Shown: positions 47,699-58,980 of the stretch, piece after piece
Position numbering within the stretch: position 1 is the stretch's first letter
How the letters are laid out: each line of letters opens with the position of its first letter
NCBI GenBank assembly: GCA_000708835.1
Contig: DF237174.1
Coordinates: 62,001-126,000, forward strand
Direction: 5' to 3'
DNA length: 64,000 nucleotides
Source: Klebsormidium nitens
Lineage: Eukaryota; Plantae; Klebsormidiophyceae
The notes under the pieces: generated by a model
Seen by the model: the letters and a program-made list of their open reading frames with translations, nothing else
What the model was told of the DNA's origin: nothing
The model's database searches: none
Translations under genes and position numbers: made by a program

Positions 47699-48736
47699 AT
47701 GGCGACCCGCACCGCTGCTGCTCCCGTCTCTAAGAGAAAGGGGCGCCTTCCTCAGTGGTTCCAGACCTTGACGCTTTTTGTAACAGCTGCACTGGCTATC
47801 CTAGGATTGCTCCACTCCGCTCTGCACCTCATCCAGAACCAGGAGCTTTTTGCAACGTCAGCATTCCGCTTTTCGTTCAAGACAACGGCGCTTCAACTCA
47901 GCAGGCCTGACGTCACGCCTCTGATCAGGTACAACACGCCGGAAGCCGCTTGTGCGTTCTCATGCAATAGCACCCAAGTCCAGCAGTCAGCGCTCGACTT
48001 TTATCTGAAGCACTTTCCTGAGGTCCACTCTACACGTTTGCTCAACATCGTCCCTGCTGGTCCCTTCAACCAGACATGCGATCTTTTGTTCAAGTGGACT
48101 CACAGAGACGATCTGGGAGCTTCATCGGGGGAGGACTTCAGAAAGTTCCAATTCCAGAGATTCCCTGACACTGGCAACTGTGTGTTTGTTCCAAAAGCCA
48201 TGGGGTATCACTTCACAGGATCGACGGCTCTGCTGGATCCACAAAACGATCTGAGGTTTGAGACAAGTGGAAAGTGCAAGAGCGCGTTAGTTGGAAGAGA
48301 ATTCGAGGTGTCGGAGGCAGACGCAAAATGGTATGGCCAGGGGATCTGGCCTGTGTGCTTTCCGGAAGATTTGGGCTGCAAGGTTGGTCCTGGGCGCATC
48401 AGAGTGTCCTACTTGATCGTGCCAAGCACTGTCAAAACTCCGTGTGCCTGCGACACTGGTTGCTTGAAGGACTGGGCTGAGCACCGCGCTTCCGCTCTCT
48501 TCGAGGACTCGAATGCATCTGAGAATAAGACGAGCAAAAGAAGAAAATCATGGATTCCCATATTGCATTGCCTTTGGCCTTTTCGCGATACTCTTTCTCG
48601 TTATGATTTTGCTGGGGGCTTTCTGCTCAAACCCCTAAGCAAAGCCCTAAGCGCGCGTCTTTGCGTGCGCAGCGAGACGAAAGGAGCAAGCACAGTTGGT
48701 AGATCAGCTAGAAACTGTTTGAAACGATGGCAGTAG
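47699..48736 (+). CDS. Unassigned intronless Cys-rich membrane protein, paralog A (frameshifted C-terminus)
   Basis: ORF with ACCATGG start, N-terminal hydrophobic segment (LTLFVTAALAILGLL) and a Cys-rich core clearly homologous to 49636-50691 (shared TPLIRYNT, CAFSCNS, VPAGPF, RKFQFQR, CVFVPKAMGYHFTG, DAKWYG.GIWPVC). The homologous TM helix lies in the +1 frame, ending at TAA 48636-48638. Confidence 0.75.
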   Translation: MATRTAAAPVSKRKGRLPQWFQTLTLFVTAALAILGLLHSALHLIQNQELFATSAFRFSFKTTALQLSRPDVTPLIRYNTPEAACAFSCNSTQVQQSALDFYLKHFPEVHSTRLLNIVPAGPFNQTCDLLFKWTHRDDLGASSGEDFRKFQFQRFPDTGNCVFVPKAMGYHFTGSTALLDPQNDLRFETSGKCKSALVGREFEVSEADAKWYGQGIWPVCFPEDLGCKVGPGRIRVSYLIVPSTVKTPCACDTGCLKDWAEHRASALFEDSNASENKTSKRRKSWIPILHCLWPFRDTLSRYDFAGGFLLKPLSKALSARLCVRSETKGASTVGRSARNCLKRWQ

Positions 48737-49635
48737 GAAAAAGACTTCATACAAGATCACGCAAACAGTTGTGCAGCGAGAGACTTGCTATAATTAGCCC
48801 TAAAGTTTAGAAGGTGTCTTGTGTAACGAAGGTTCAGCTTGCACTTAGGATACAATACGCGACTGCATTCACGTACTTTACCGGATTCCTCGGTTTATCC
48901 TTGATAAAAGGTACTAAGATGATTGCCCGCACTGTGATACACATTCGAGATCCTACCCCACAAGGCACACTCTGTTTTATTGCTGCCACGATCAAGCTTA
49001 ACGGCGCTATTATTGACGATTGACCAGATCTAAAGACACGAGTAGAAGACCTCGTCCTCGTCAGATAAAGTTGAACTCGCTCTGGCTGCCAAAAAGTGTA
49101 TCCTGCAAGCAAAACCTGGTCTGTTGGAAAGTCAAAGTGATGCATTGCAAGGTGGGGAATCATACGATCTATTTTCGAGTATTGCGTACTCATGAACAGC
49201 TCACGCATGAATACTGGTTGGCTTGGCATGCGTCCGTTCTAATACATCCAAGTGGAATGTAAGGATTTATGTGACAAACTATTGTAAGTCTTAGCTGCTT
49301 CGTGACCTGCATGAGGAGTGTAGATTTGCACACTGAGCTTTCCTGGTCAGGTTGATCACTGTTGATCACATGCAGCTGCGGGCACAGTGCGCCAGAGGCC
49401 GCGTCAGCACGCGCTCGATCTCGCTAGCGCCTCGGAGTTGAAGAATTCTTGAGATGAGTCGAGCCCCCGGGCCAGTACACCCGGGCAGTTTTGAGCCTGA
49501 GACCGCTGTGAACCGCTACCCGGGGATCGTAAGGTGCCGGTCAGGGTAGGTCAGCGTTGATCAGCAGAAATAGATGCTATTTAAATCAGCAGCGCATTCG
49601 TTTGTTCAATCGCTGGCGCTTGACTAGGAGGGACC

Positions 49636-50691
49636 ATGGCGACGCGCACTGCTGATCGTCCTGCCCAGGCTTCGAAGGAGATGCATCGCCTTCCCCCGTG
49701 GTTTCAGACCTTCATGCTCGCTGTGGTGGCTGCACTGGCTGTCCTGGGGGGCCTCCAATCCGCTCTCCATGTGATCCAGAACCAGAAGCTCTCGACTTTT
49801 GCAACTTCAGCACTCAGCTTTTCTCTCAACTCAACGGCATCTCAGGTTCAGCAGTCTACGCTCGACTCTTTCGTGAAGCACTTCTCTAAGCTTGAGACAA
49901 AAGTACCTCAAGACAGCACGCCTCTGATCAGGTACAACACAGCGGAAGGCCCTTGTGCGTTCTCATGCAACAGCGCTCAAGTCCAAGAATCAGCGCTCGA
50001 TTTCTTCTTGGAAAGATTCCCAGAGGTCCACTCTGCAAGTCTGCTGGACAATGTTCCCGCTGGTCCTTTCAGTGAGATCTGCGATATTTTGTTCAAGTGG
50101 ACTTTGCGATCCAATCTAAGAGCTTCCGGCGAAGATGTCAGGAAATTCCAGTTTCAAAGGTTGTCTGTCTCCGGCGCTTGTGTGTTTGTTCCCAAAGCCA
50201 TGGGGTATCACTTCACGGGAACTACGGCTGTGCTGGATCCAGAGAACGACCTCAGCTTTGAAAAGATTGGAAAGTGCAAGAGCGAGTTTGCTGGAAGAGA
50301 CTTTGAGGTGCCAGAACTAGACGCAAAGTGGTATGGAGCAGGAATCTGGCCTGTATGTCGATCGACAGATGGAGCATGCCAAATTGGGGATGGACAGAAG
50401 AAAGTGTCCTATTTGGATGTACCAACAACGATTGAGCCTCCTTGTAGCTGCAACAGTGGTTGCTTGGAGGACTGGGTCGAGCATCGCGTTTCAGGCGGAT
50501 CGAGTTCGTCGGAGCTGCAGAGCACGAGCGAAGATTGGGAGATACAGTTCACCTTTGGTCTTTTCGCGCGAATTGTGATATGTCTCTTGGCTCTGTTGGG
50601 ACTATTTTTCTTAGGGTTTGTGTGCGTAATGGAATGCTGCACTTCGCGTGAGCAAACAGACAAATCTACTAGGAGCTGCAAGTCCGCTTGA
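49636..50691 (+). CDS. Unassigned intronless Cys-rich membrane protein, paralog B (N-terminal anchor + C-terminal TM helix, Cys-rich tail)
   Basis: 351-aa ORF; N-terminal hydrophobic segment FMLAVVAALAVLGGL; C-terminal IVICLLALLGLFFLGFVCVMECC; high similarity to paralog A, including 5' and 3' flanks. Confidence 0.8.
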   Translation: MATRTADRPAQASKEMHRLPPWFQTFMLAVVAALAVLGGLQSALHVIQNQKLSTFATSALSFSLNSTASQVQQSTLDSFVKHFSKLETKVPQDSTPLIRYNTAEGPCAFSCNSAQVQESALDFFLERFPEVHSASLLDNVPAGPFSEICDILFKWTLRSNLRASGEDVRKFQFQRLSVSGACVFVPKAMGYHFTGTTAVLDPENDLSFEKIGKCKSEFAGRDFEVPELDAKWYGAGIWPVCRSTDGACQIGDGQKKVSYLDVPTTIEPPCSCNSGCLEDWVEHRVSGGSSSSELQSTSEDWEIQFTFGLFARIVICLLALLGLFFLGFVCVMECCTSREQTDKSTRSCKSA

Positions 50692-52098
50692 TAATCTTTC
50701 AATACCATGTCCACGTAAAGCTCTGAGTATATAGGTCAGGCGAAGTATTGCAGAAAGAGACGTACTAGACATTAATCCTGAGGTGTCTTGTAAAATGAGG
50801 TACTGCTTGCAGATGTAGGCACGTCTTCGTTCGTTCATGAATCCAACATGCCACATTTGAAGCGTGGTTCCTACAAATGGCCTCTCTAATGCTCGCCCTT
50901 TTCATTTGCGTAACTTAGCTTTACTTCCTTGGAGCATATGTCGATGTGGATCGAGATCAAAATAAATCAAAAAACGATAGCAATTCTTATTCTACTCAGG
51001 CTTTTGCGTAAGCGGAACCAGCGCTCAGGGCATTCGAGTGTCCCGGTATATCGGTTCACATCAGATTCTCCAGCCGTGTGAAAGATGTAGAGGCAAGCAC
51101 GGCTTCCATTTGAAAGTGGCAGGGGGCCTAAAAGGCTGATCACGGGCCTAAAAAGATCCCCCTTACGTCGTTCCTACCTTTAATTCAATTTGTTCATTCG
51201 TTCTTTGAGTAGCAACTATAGAGGACGTACTTAAGCCGCGGTCACTATGGAATCAGGGAGAGACGCACGTATGCATGACGGACATGTACGCTACCTCAGG
51301 TCGATCTGTGAGTACATGCTTAATTTATGATGCAACTGAGTTCGTAGGACGTGGGTCCTAGCTGACTAGCTGCGTGGCTACATGCAATAGATGAGACGCC
51401 ATATTCTCCTAAAGTGCATTCCGGCTCATGCGCCGGATCGGTGAAGATGATGCCTAACAGCCTGGAGGTTCATTTTCACTTATATCATTAAGACGTTGAG
51501 CATTTTCACGTACGGAGTCAAACATGAAACATGTTCACATGTGTCAATATCATATAAGAGCTAGTTGAACCTAGCCCTGAATCGAGACATGCGCGCAACT
51601 CAATCAGGTTTGACCATTGCAAAGGCAATGATGCACACCAGACATCTTCCACAACACTTGCTATCATTGCAAGTCACATGCGCCGCAATAGAACTGCACC
51701 TCCTTCAGTTATTCGAGTGCCATATATTGTTGTGACCCAGAAGCAATTTCGGGCGTGCATGTGCTAGAGTTAATTGCATAGTGTCAGCACATTCTTTGTC
51801 TCTATGGCTTGGTCATGCAGACATGGCAGGTGCCAGGTGGTTGTATGCAGCAAGAGAACATCGGGAGTTCGGTCGGCGGCAGCCAGGCATAAGGGTAAAT
51901 CAACCTGACATTAGCACTTTCTCTTCGAAGAGGCAGCATTGATTAGACTTTATTGAAGCATTTGATGTTCCGAGTCAGAACAATCCTGGCATTCTAGAAA
52001 CAAGCAACCTATCAAAGCAATGGGAGCACGTAAGTGCTCATCTATGGCCCGTAGTCTCTATACATCTCTACGCACATGACGCTCACGAATCAATCGCC

Positions 52099-55000
52099 CT
52101 AGCTTTCGACCAGTTGACTAATCACGTTGGAGGCCCACTGCCCCGTCTCTTTGATTCGATAATCCTCATTTTGCATGCATTCCTCAGCGAACTCTCTCCA
52201 GAACGTGCGTTGTTGGAACAGAGGGGCCACCGCGCCCTTCAAAGTGTCTGCCAAATCGCCCAGCACTCCAATCGCTGCCTTCGTTACCGTCTCGTCCCTG
52301 CACAGCACCGACAAGGCCGGTTAATCACCTGAAAGGGCCAGTCAAAGCGACGTGGTCATATGTTCATTCTTGACCTGGTAGATAACATTCAGCAGGGCGC
52401 GAAGCTCGTCGTGTCAACTTTCCACAGTGGCCTAGCAATCATTATAGACGAACTTGCATCGGAACCTCAAAACAGTCAGCAACTTTCTTGCGGTACACAA
52501 CAAGCCAGAACTACAGGTGCTGCTAGCGAAATCTATTATCCGTTCATCAACCTAAAGTCAAGGACTATTTGCAGGTCACCAGACTGAAGGCCAGTATTGC
52601 ACGTTTATCAAGCCACAGGACGTTTTTAGCCCCATGTAGATCGTGAAAATCATAGGATTAGAAAAGCACAAGTCTCGAAGGGGTGCGGTCGTAGAAAGAG
52701 ATCGATAAAACGAAGGACACAAGCTGTGAGGGAGTACAGAAACGAAGAAACACAAAAATAGAGCCCACGGCAACCCTTCAAAGGCAGGCAGAACAACACC
52801 AGCACAGAAAAAAAACCCGCAGCCTCACCGCTCGTTGTCCTTGTACACAGTCTCGATGAACGCCACGATGTGCTCCGCATACGGCACCAGCAGGTCCGCC
52901 TTGGGGGTCCCCTTGAAACCCATCAGCAGCCCCGAGTACGCCTCGAAGATTCCCCCCCGCAGCTGGTTGTTGTAGTCCAGCAGCTCCTCGTCCCCCTGCC
53001 CCATCTGCGCCGCCGACAGCTCCGCCGCGCCCTGGAGCATCGGGACCGCGTACGCGAGGTACTTCTCGAACGCGTCCCCGATCGCGAGCGCGATGTCGCC
53101 GAAGCACGAGAAGATGGGCGGCTTGACCGAGCGGTGCAGCTGCTTGGAGGAGAGGTCCTTGAGCAGCTCCGTCATGATCCCGTCGCAGTACGGCAACACG
53201 CGCGCCTCCAGCGCCCGGCACAGGTCGCCGACCACGCCCACGGTCACCTGAAGAAGCAAGAGAAGGCGGAAAATTAGTAGCCAGTTAAAAAATTCAAGGG
53301 CGAATTGTACGGCGATAAATCTCGGCGGCGCTTCCTTGAAAGCCTACAATCGCAAAGGAGGGAAGGGCCCCGCATTGATAGTCGTCGGGAAACAGTGGAG
53401 AGGGCCCCGTCAGTGCCTTCCAGTCCCTTTCGGCGTTATAAGGGATTGAACCCGCGATGTATCGACCTTCTCACAGCAGCTGAGGATAATGAGAAGCTGG
53501 GGCGCTACTTCCCACACCAGTCTCCAAAACAATGCACTAGAGTGACGCCTCTGACGACGCCGTTTCCTGCGTCGAGCACCCTCTTACAGAGGGAGCTCAT
53601 GTAACGTTCCAACACATCCTTTGATTCGACCACATCCGGTCACCACAATCAAGCAGAACACGGACCAATTGGTGCCGACAAGCACACGTAAACGACCGAA
53701 GAACAATGAATTGAACCACCAATAACATACAGACCCATCGCGTACTTCTCAGACAGCTCCAACCTCAAAAACTACAGGTAAATGATCTTCGGCCAGACTC
53801 GTTCTCAATCCTGATCGACCATACCCAATTCAAAGAATCCTCGATCAGCAACCAAACAGATTCTTTCACCCGGCAGACCTACTCTGAACGCGAACAACTG
53901 GAAAAACTCATGACGCCCCAATCAAGCAAACAGACCGAAATAAGCTAACCGAAACTCGGTGCCCGCTGTCTCACCTGGCAGACCTGGTACTCCTCGTGAT
54001 TCTTGAGCCCCATCTCGACGTACTTGTAAAACTCCGGCATGTACTTCGCGAAACCTGCGCCGACCGCGTATGCGAGCGCCCCGATGGCCAGCATCGCCTC
54101 CTCGTGCACGGTGGCGCTGCGGCAGGCGAAGACGCGCAGGAAGAGCTCCATCAGGTTGTCCGCGTACTGCACCACGCCCAGCTTGGTGTTGTCGTTGGCG
54201 CCCAGCTTCTGGATGATCACCTGGGAGAGTCCAGCGACAAAAAGTCAGTCGGATTCTGTCGAAAAATGTTTCTCGTTGTGGAGAAAAGTAGACTCTTTGA
54301 TGGTGATTTTCTGGAACCCGAAAACAGGGACCAACACCACGTCAGAGACAGGTCGTAAGCGATGAAAAGTCACGATCTTGAAAACGATGAGCGCTATGAT
54401 TCCGCGACGCCACGTTGAGCTTCTGATCCACCTTTAGACCGTGTTAAACACCATTGTCAAAGCGGTTGAAAAGAATTGTGCATCCAGAGAGTCTCAAGAG
54501 GAATATGGACCGGGCTTTTTGCAACGATTGCACCAATGCTTCCAATAACTAGCAGCCAAGTCCCTTGTTATTGAAGACGGGCGACCTTTTACAAAGTACC
54601 AACAATCGACAACTGTTGTGCCGTTAAAGTTCTAAGGAACAGTGCCATGTTGAGATATCCATTTATTACGGTAAAGCCCCTCAGAGCCGCTTTGACTACG
54701 CAGAAAGTTAATGGAAACCGGGAAGGTTTCTAAAAGACAGCAGGAATCCTTCCTTTTCCGCAGAAAAAGCGCATGGCTGGAAGGTTGGTACTTGTCTGCC
54801 GAGGTTCTCCAAGTGACTTCACAACAAGCTCAGTTCCTTCCAACTACGTTTCACTAGCATAGAGAAAAAGGTTGCTGTTAAAAGGCAGCCACACGTTCAC
54901 GCCTTCAAGGCCACACTGCTAACTCATGCCACGTCCGTGCACTCTTACGAAAACGCAGATGTCACAAATCCTCTCCCAAAGTGGACTCGAGATCTTCAAG

Positions 55001-58000
55001 CCTTACCTGCAGCACCCCACACAGCAGCGCCTGCAGCTCCGACTGCCGCTCCTTGTCGTCCGCCGACAGGATCTGCATCCCGAGCGTCGCCCCCAGCTTG
55101 CCCATGATCACCGGGATCAGCTGGACCACCACCTGCACCGTGTCGTCCGTCGAGCTGCGCACCACCTCGTTCATCGTCTCGTACGCGGACGCCTGCAGGT
55201 GCGTGTCGGTGGCGTCTTCGCGGTCCGCGGTCGCTAGCAGCGCTTGCACCACCACCTGCAGGGAAGAGTGGCTGGTTGAAGGACCAAGATAGGTGGTTAC
55301 AGAAACGGAAAAAAGTGGTTAAGGATGGAGGGAGATGGTCACAGGACGGCAAGAAGTCGCTGAGGTGGGGAAAAGTGGTCAAGGGAAGGAGGCGAAGGGA
55401 CATGAAGAAGGCAGGACCGAAAAGGGAGGAAGATGGAGGCAAACAAAGATAGAAGGGAGTGCGGGGAGGGGGGTGGAAGAATCTTGTTAGTGTATGCGAT
55501 AGAAGCAGACTCATAAAACCATCTTCTTTGAGCTGTCCATAAATCGATGAAGTATCACGCTAAGAGCCAAATCAAATCTACGCTCGTTGTTTCTAGAGGA
55601 AGGATGAGCTTCATTTGTCACAGAGAAGAACCTGGGGCATGAGATCGCTTCATTCTCAGCCCTGTTTCTCAGAAGGGAAGTTGCCTGAGAGACAGTTCGT
55701 CTTGCTCCAGATGCGACTTGGTATGAAACTGGTCCTACTTAAAGCCAAATAAGTGCTCACCTGGAAGTAGGGCGAGAGTGGTGACGTCCCGTTGCTGTCC
55801 TCGAACCCTTGCGCCAGGAAGTAAATCGCCCCGCACACCTTCTCCGCCACGTTCGGCACGTCCTTGATGCTCTCCAGCAGCACCGTCACAATCGGCTGCA
55901 GGTTCTGCCCGTTGATCACCGTGTTCTCCATCCCAGGGCCGTGCAGGAACTCGCAGATGCGCCCTATTGTCCAGGCGGTCGTGTCCTTCACGTGCGAGTT
56001 CTCGTCTTTCATTGCGTTCAGCAGGAACCCGATCGCCATGTTAACTAGAGGCGCGAGCTTCTCGGGGCTGGGGCCGTCCAGGATCGAGCCAAACGCGAAC
56101 GTCGCCGCTTCCCGACACCGCCAGTCCGGCTTCATGATGTTCTCCTGGACGTATGGCATGACCAGCGGCACGACATCATCGCCGACTGTTCTTGCCACAA
56201 GCCCCAAAGCAGTCCCCCCCGCCATTGCAAGGTTCCAGGCGTTCTCGTCTGTGTCCTGGTCCTCCTCTTGCTTGGTCAGCGTTTCCAGGAGCATGGGGAT
56301 GAGCGCAGGGAGCGCTTGCTTGATGAAGTGGTAGTTGGTGATCTCAGAGTCGCCCTCGTACTCCTCCTGGATCTCGATCTCCTCGTCGCAGATGGTGGAC
56401 CAGAGCTCGATGGCCTGCAGCGCCACCGGCTCCTCGTCGTCTTTGGCGGCCTTGCTCGTGATGCTGAAGATTTCCTGCAAAATGCAAGGAAAGGGCACTT
56501 ACATACCACGGCATAAGGGATGAGAGAGTCTGCAACATGGATGCACCTTTCTGTCACAGCTCTTTGTGAATCTAATTCCCTTGAAGCCTGATTCTGTAAG
56601 TGTGGGCCTACTGTGGCGAATTGTCCTACGACAGTCCCCAAACTTGTTCCTGAACACTGGACTGAAACACAAACCGGCACACCGGAGTGTTCTTCAAAAG
56701 GCACCAGGCTGTGTGAAGTGCAGTTGTTGTTGTCAATCGAAGCTCAGAACACGAGGACAGTGGCAGAATTCTTCTCTAGGTCTAAAGCAATAGCTGAAAA
56801 CAGCGTGAAGGCACAAAGTTTCGACACGACGCCATGCATGCAACTGAAAGGGCACACTTCTGACATATGGATTTGCTGTCCACTCGGATGATCGTTATAT
56901 CAAGGCCGTCAATTGTTGATGCAGCATGGCCAGCAAAAACAAAGAGAATGCAGAAAAACCTTTCACAGCCTTGGTTCAGAAGACATGCACCAATTATTCC
57001 AATGATCAGATGAAGTTAGCTACTTATGTTTTGCATCAGTCAAATTTAAAAGTCTTCACAAACATACTCCATAGAGCACGCAGCATAACCAGACACCACC
57101 CAGTCACTTCGCATAGGTTCACAAAGGTGATGACCATTATCAGAGGTTTGGTGGTGAGGCATAGACTGCAGTGAGGGTGAAGTGGACAGAAAGCAAGGGT
57201 TTCCTCAGCTTCTCTTTGAACAACTATTAATCCATGATAAAGCCTTGATCAAGATTGCTGCTTTGTCAACTTCGGACCTTACTAATGCAGTACTTATAAT
57301 CAACTGCAAGATCAAACCTGACACTTTGGAGATGTGCACACTTACCGGCATGTACTGCGCCAGCTTTTCATAGTAGGAACCCGCAATTGCCACCAAGCAC
57401 TCAAAGGCAGCTTGCCGAACTTTCCCGTCAGGACTGGAGGTGGTCTGGCACACAACTTGCATGATGTAATTTCTCTCCATCTCGTTCTCAAAATTTGTCT
57501 GCGCAAAGTCCAGGGCATTATACAGCGCTCTCGTTGCTGCCAGCCTGACCTCGTTGCTCGTCTCCGTTACATTCATCCCCTGAACCACTGCTGTCAGAAT
57601 ACTGTTTACTTGATCCTGTGCCAACACATCGGAAGAGATCTCTTCGCACACGTACCCCAGTGCCTCTAATGTGCTTTGCTTCAAATGTGTTGGCTGCTCC
57701 ACTGCCCCCAGGGGTCCCATGTTGCCCAGAAGCGTGCCAATCAGTTCCGGCCATTCGCTCCTTGGAAGCTCTATTGCAGCGACTTTTGCAATGACTTGCG
57801 CAGACGTGTGCCTCGCATCTGCAGTCACGGATCCTAGCGTCGATAGAAGTGCCGCTTTTATCTGCTTCTTGGCAGCCACATCTAGAGCAATCCATCGCTG
57901 CGTGTACTCTTCCTTGCGCGGTGCTTCCTTTGCATCTAGAGCATTCTTCAGGACAAGGCCAGCAAGCCGCCTTGAGTCTGCAGGTTTGTCCTCAGTTGAC

Positions 58001-58140
58001 AATTCACGGGACAAGGAGAGCAAGAGCCCGGCAAAGTTCTGCTCCTGAAACTGCTTGAGACTCTCCTCAGCCTGCTGCCGGATGTTAGCATCCGCTGACT
58101 GAGCGCTCAGCAGGATCTGGGTCACCTCAACCATTGCCAT
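52099..58140 (-). CDS. KPNB1: Importin subunit beta-1 (karyopherin beta)
   Basis: Exons 58140-57346, 56474-55761, 55255-55007, 54220-53975, 53247-52829, 52297-52099. IBN_N (EVTQILLSAQSAD..RRLAGLVLKNAL), LEALGYVCEE, AIELWSTICDEE, acidic loop EEDQDTDENAWNLAMAGGT, WRCREAA, HVKDTTAWTIGRI, VKPPIFSCFGDIALAIG. Confidence 0.96.
55260..55480 (-). repeat. Degenerate ~25-30 bp pyrimidine-rich minisatellite upstream of an importin acceptor
   Basis: Plus-strand units gctggttgaagga, ataggtggttacaga, aaaagtggttaagga, gagatggtcacagga, aaaagtggtcaaggga. Confidence 0.6.
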
Positions 58141-58980
58141 CCTGACCCCCTTGCTTGTGAGCCTTGCTGCAATCAGAGACTTGACCTCATCGGATATAGG
58201 CAATCTAGGCGAGATCCCCAAAAAATTCTGGCAAGATTCTTTGCCCGCAGCAATCACAACCCTCTTGCTATCTAAAGCTTGCTGCCAAGGAGACGTCAAC
58301 CGGGATGAGAAGGCTTCTCAACAGAGAACCTCCCTGCTAAGATGGCGTATCAGGGTGGCGCTATCAGGAGAAAATTGGAGCGATCTTCCGTCACTATTCC
58401 TGAGTCTTCCTTGCAGATGAAGGTGGCGAAGAACCGCCCTGCCACCTATACACAATTGAGATCCCGCCAATTCTAATTTCTGAGCCTGATCAACAGAGAA
58501 TGATGGACCTCTACCTAGGTACCGTATGCTGAAATTGCCAATGCTTTCATGGGATATATGCTTGATCTTTTGGGCCATAGGCTAGCCCGAATATATCCAA
58601 CACATGCACTTGTCTGGCAATATAACTTGCTCGGCCCAGCTCGGGACCTTTAACACCGTCCTGGTCTAATCGAGTTTCGACCCCCTGTTTAATAGACTCT
58701 GGTTGCCTTGGGCTTTGGGCTCGGGTTCCTCTTAACTAGGAATAACGAAGAATATTCCTGTCTCTAAAGATCCAAAATCCTTGCCTTTTGAGGTAAGTAT
58801 CCGTTGACCTATATCGACGAATATATCCTAGAGAAAAGTGAAATCTGCAAAATCAACCGAATTCTTGATTCCTCATCGAAATGGATGACCTTTCAAGCAG
58901 GCTGGCAAACTCCCAGCGCTAGACTCTAGAGCAGAATCCAGATCCTTGCTCCAGGAGAATCCCTTTACACTTTACAGAAT

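Noticed and set aside
47688-47701. GGAGG Shine-Dalgarno-like motif before both unassigned paralogs (also ~49628)
   Set aside because: Explained by co-duplicated 5' flanks; both starts are ACCATGG Kozak contexts. Too weak as evidence of bacterial origin.
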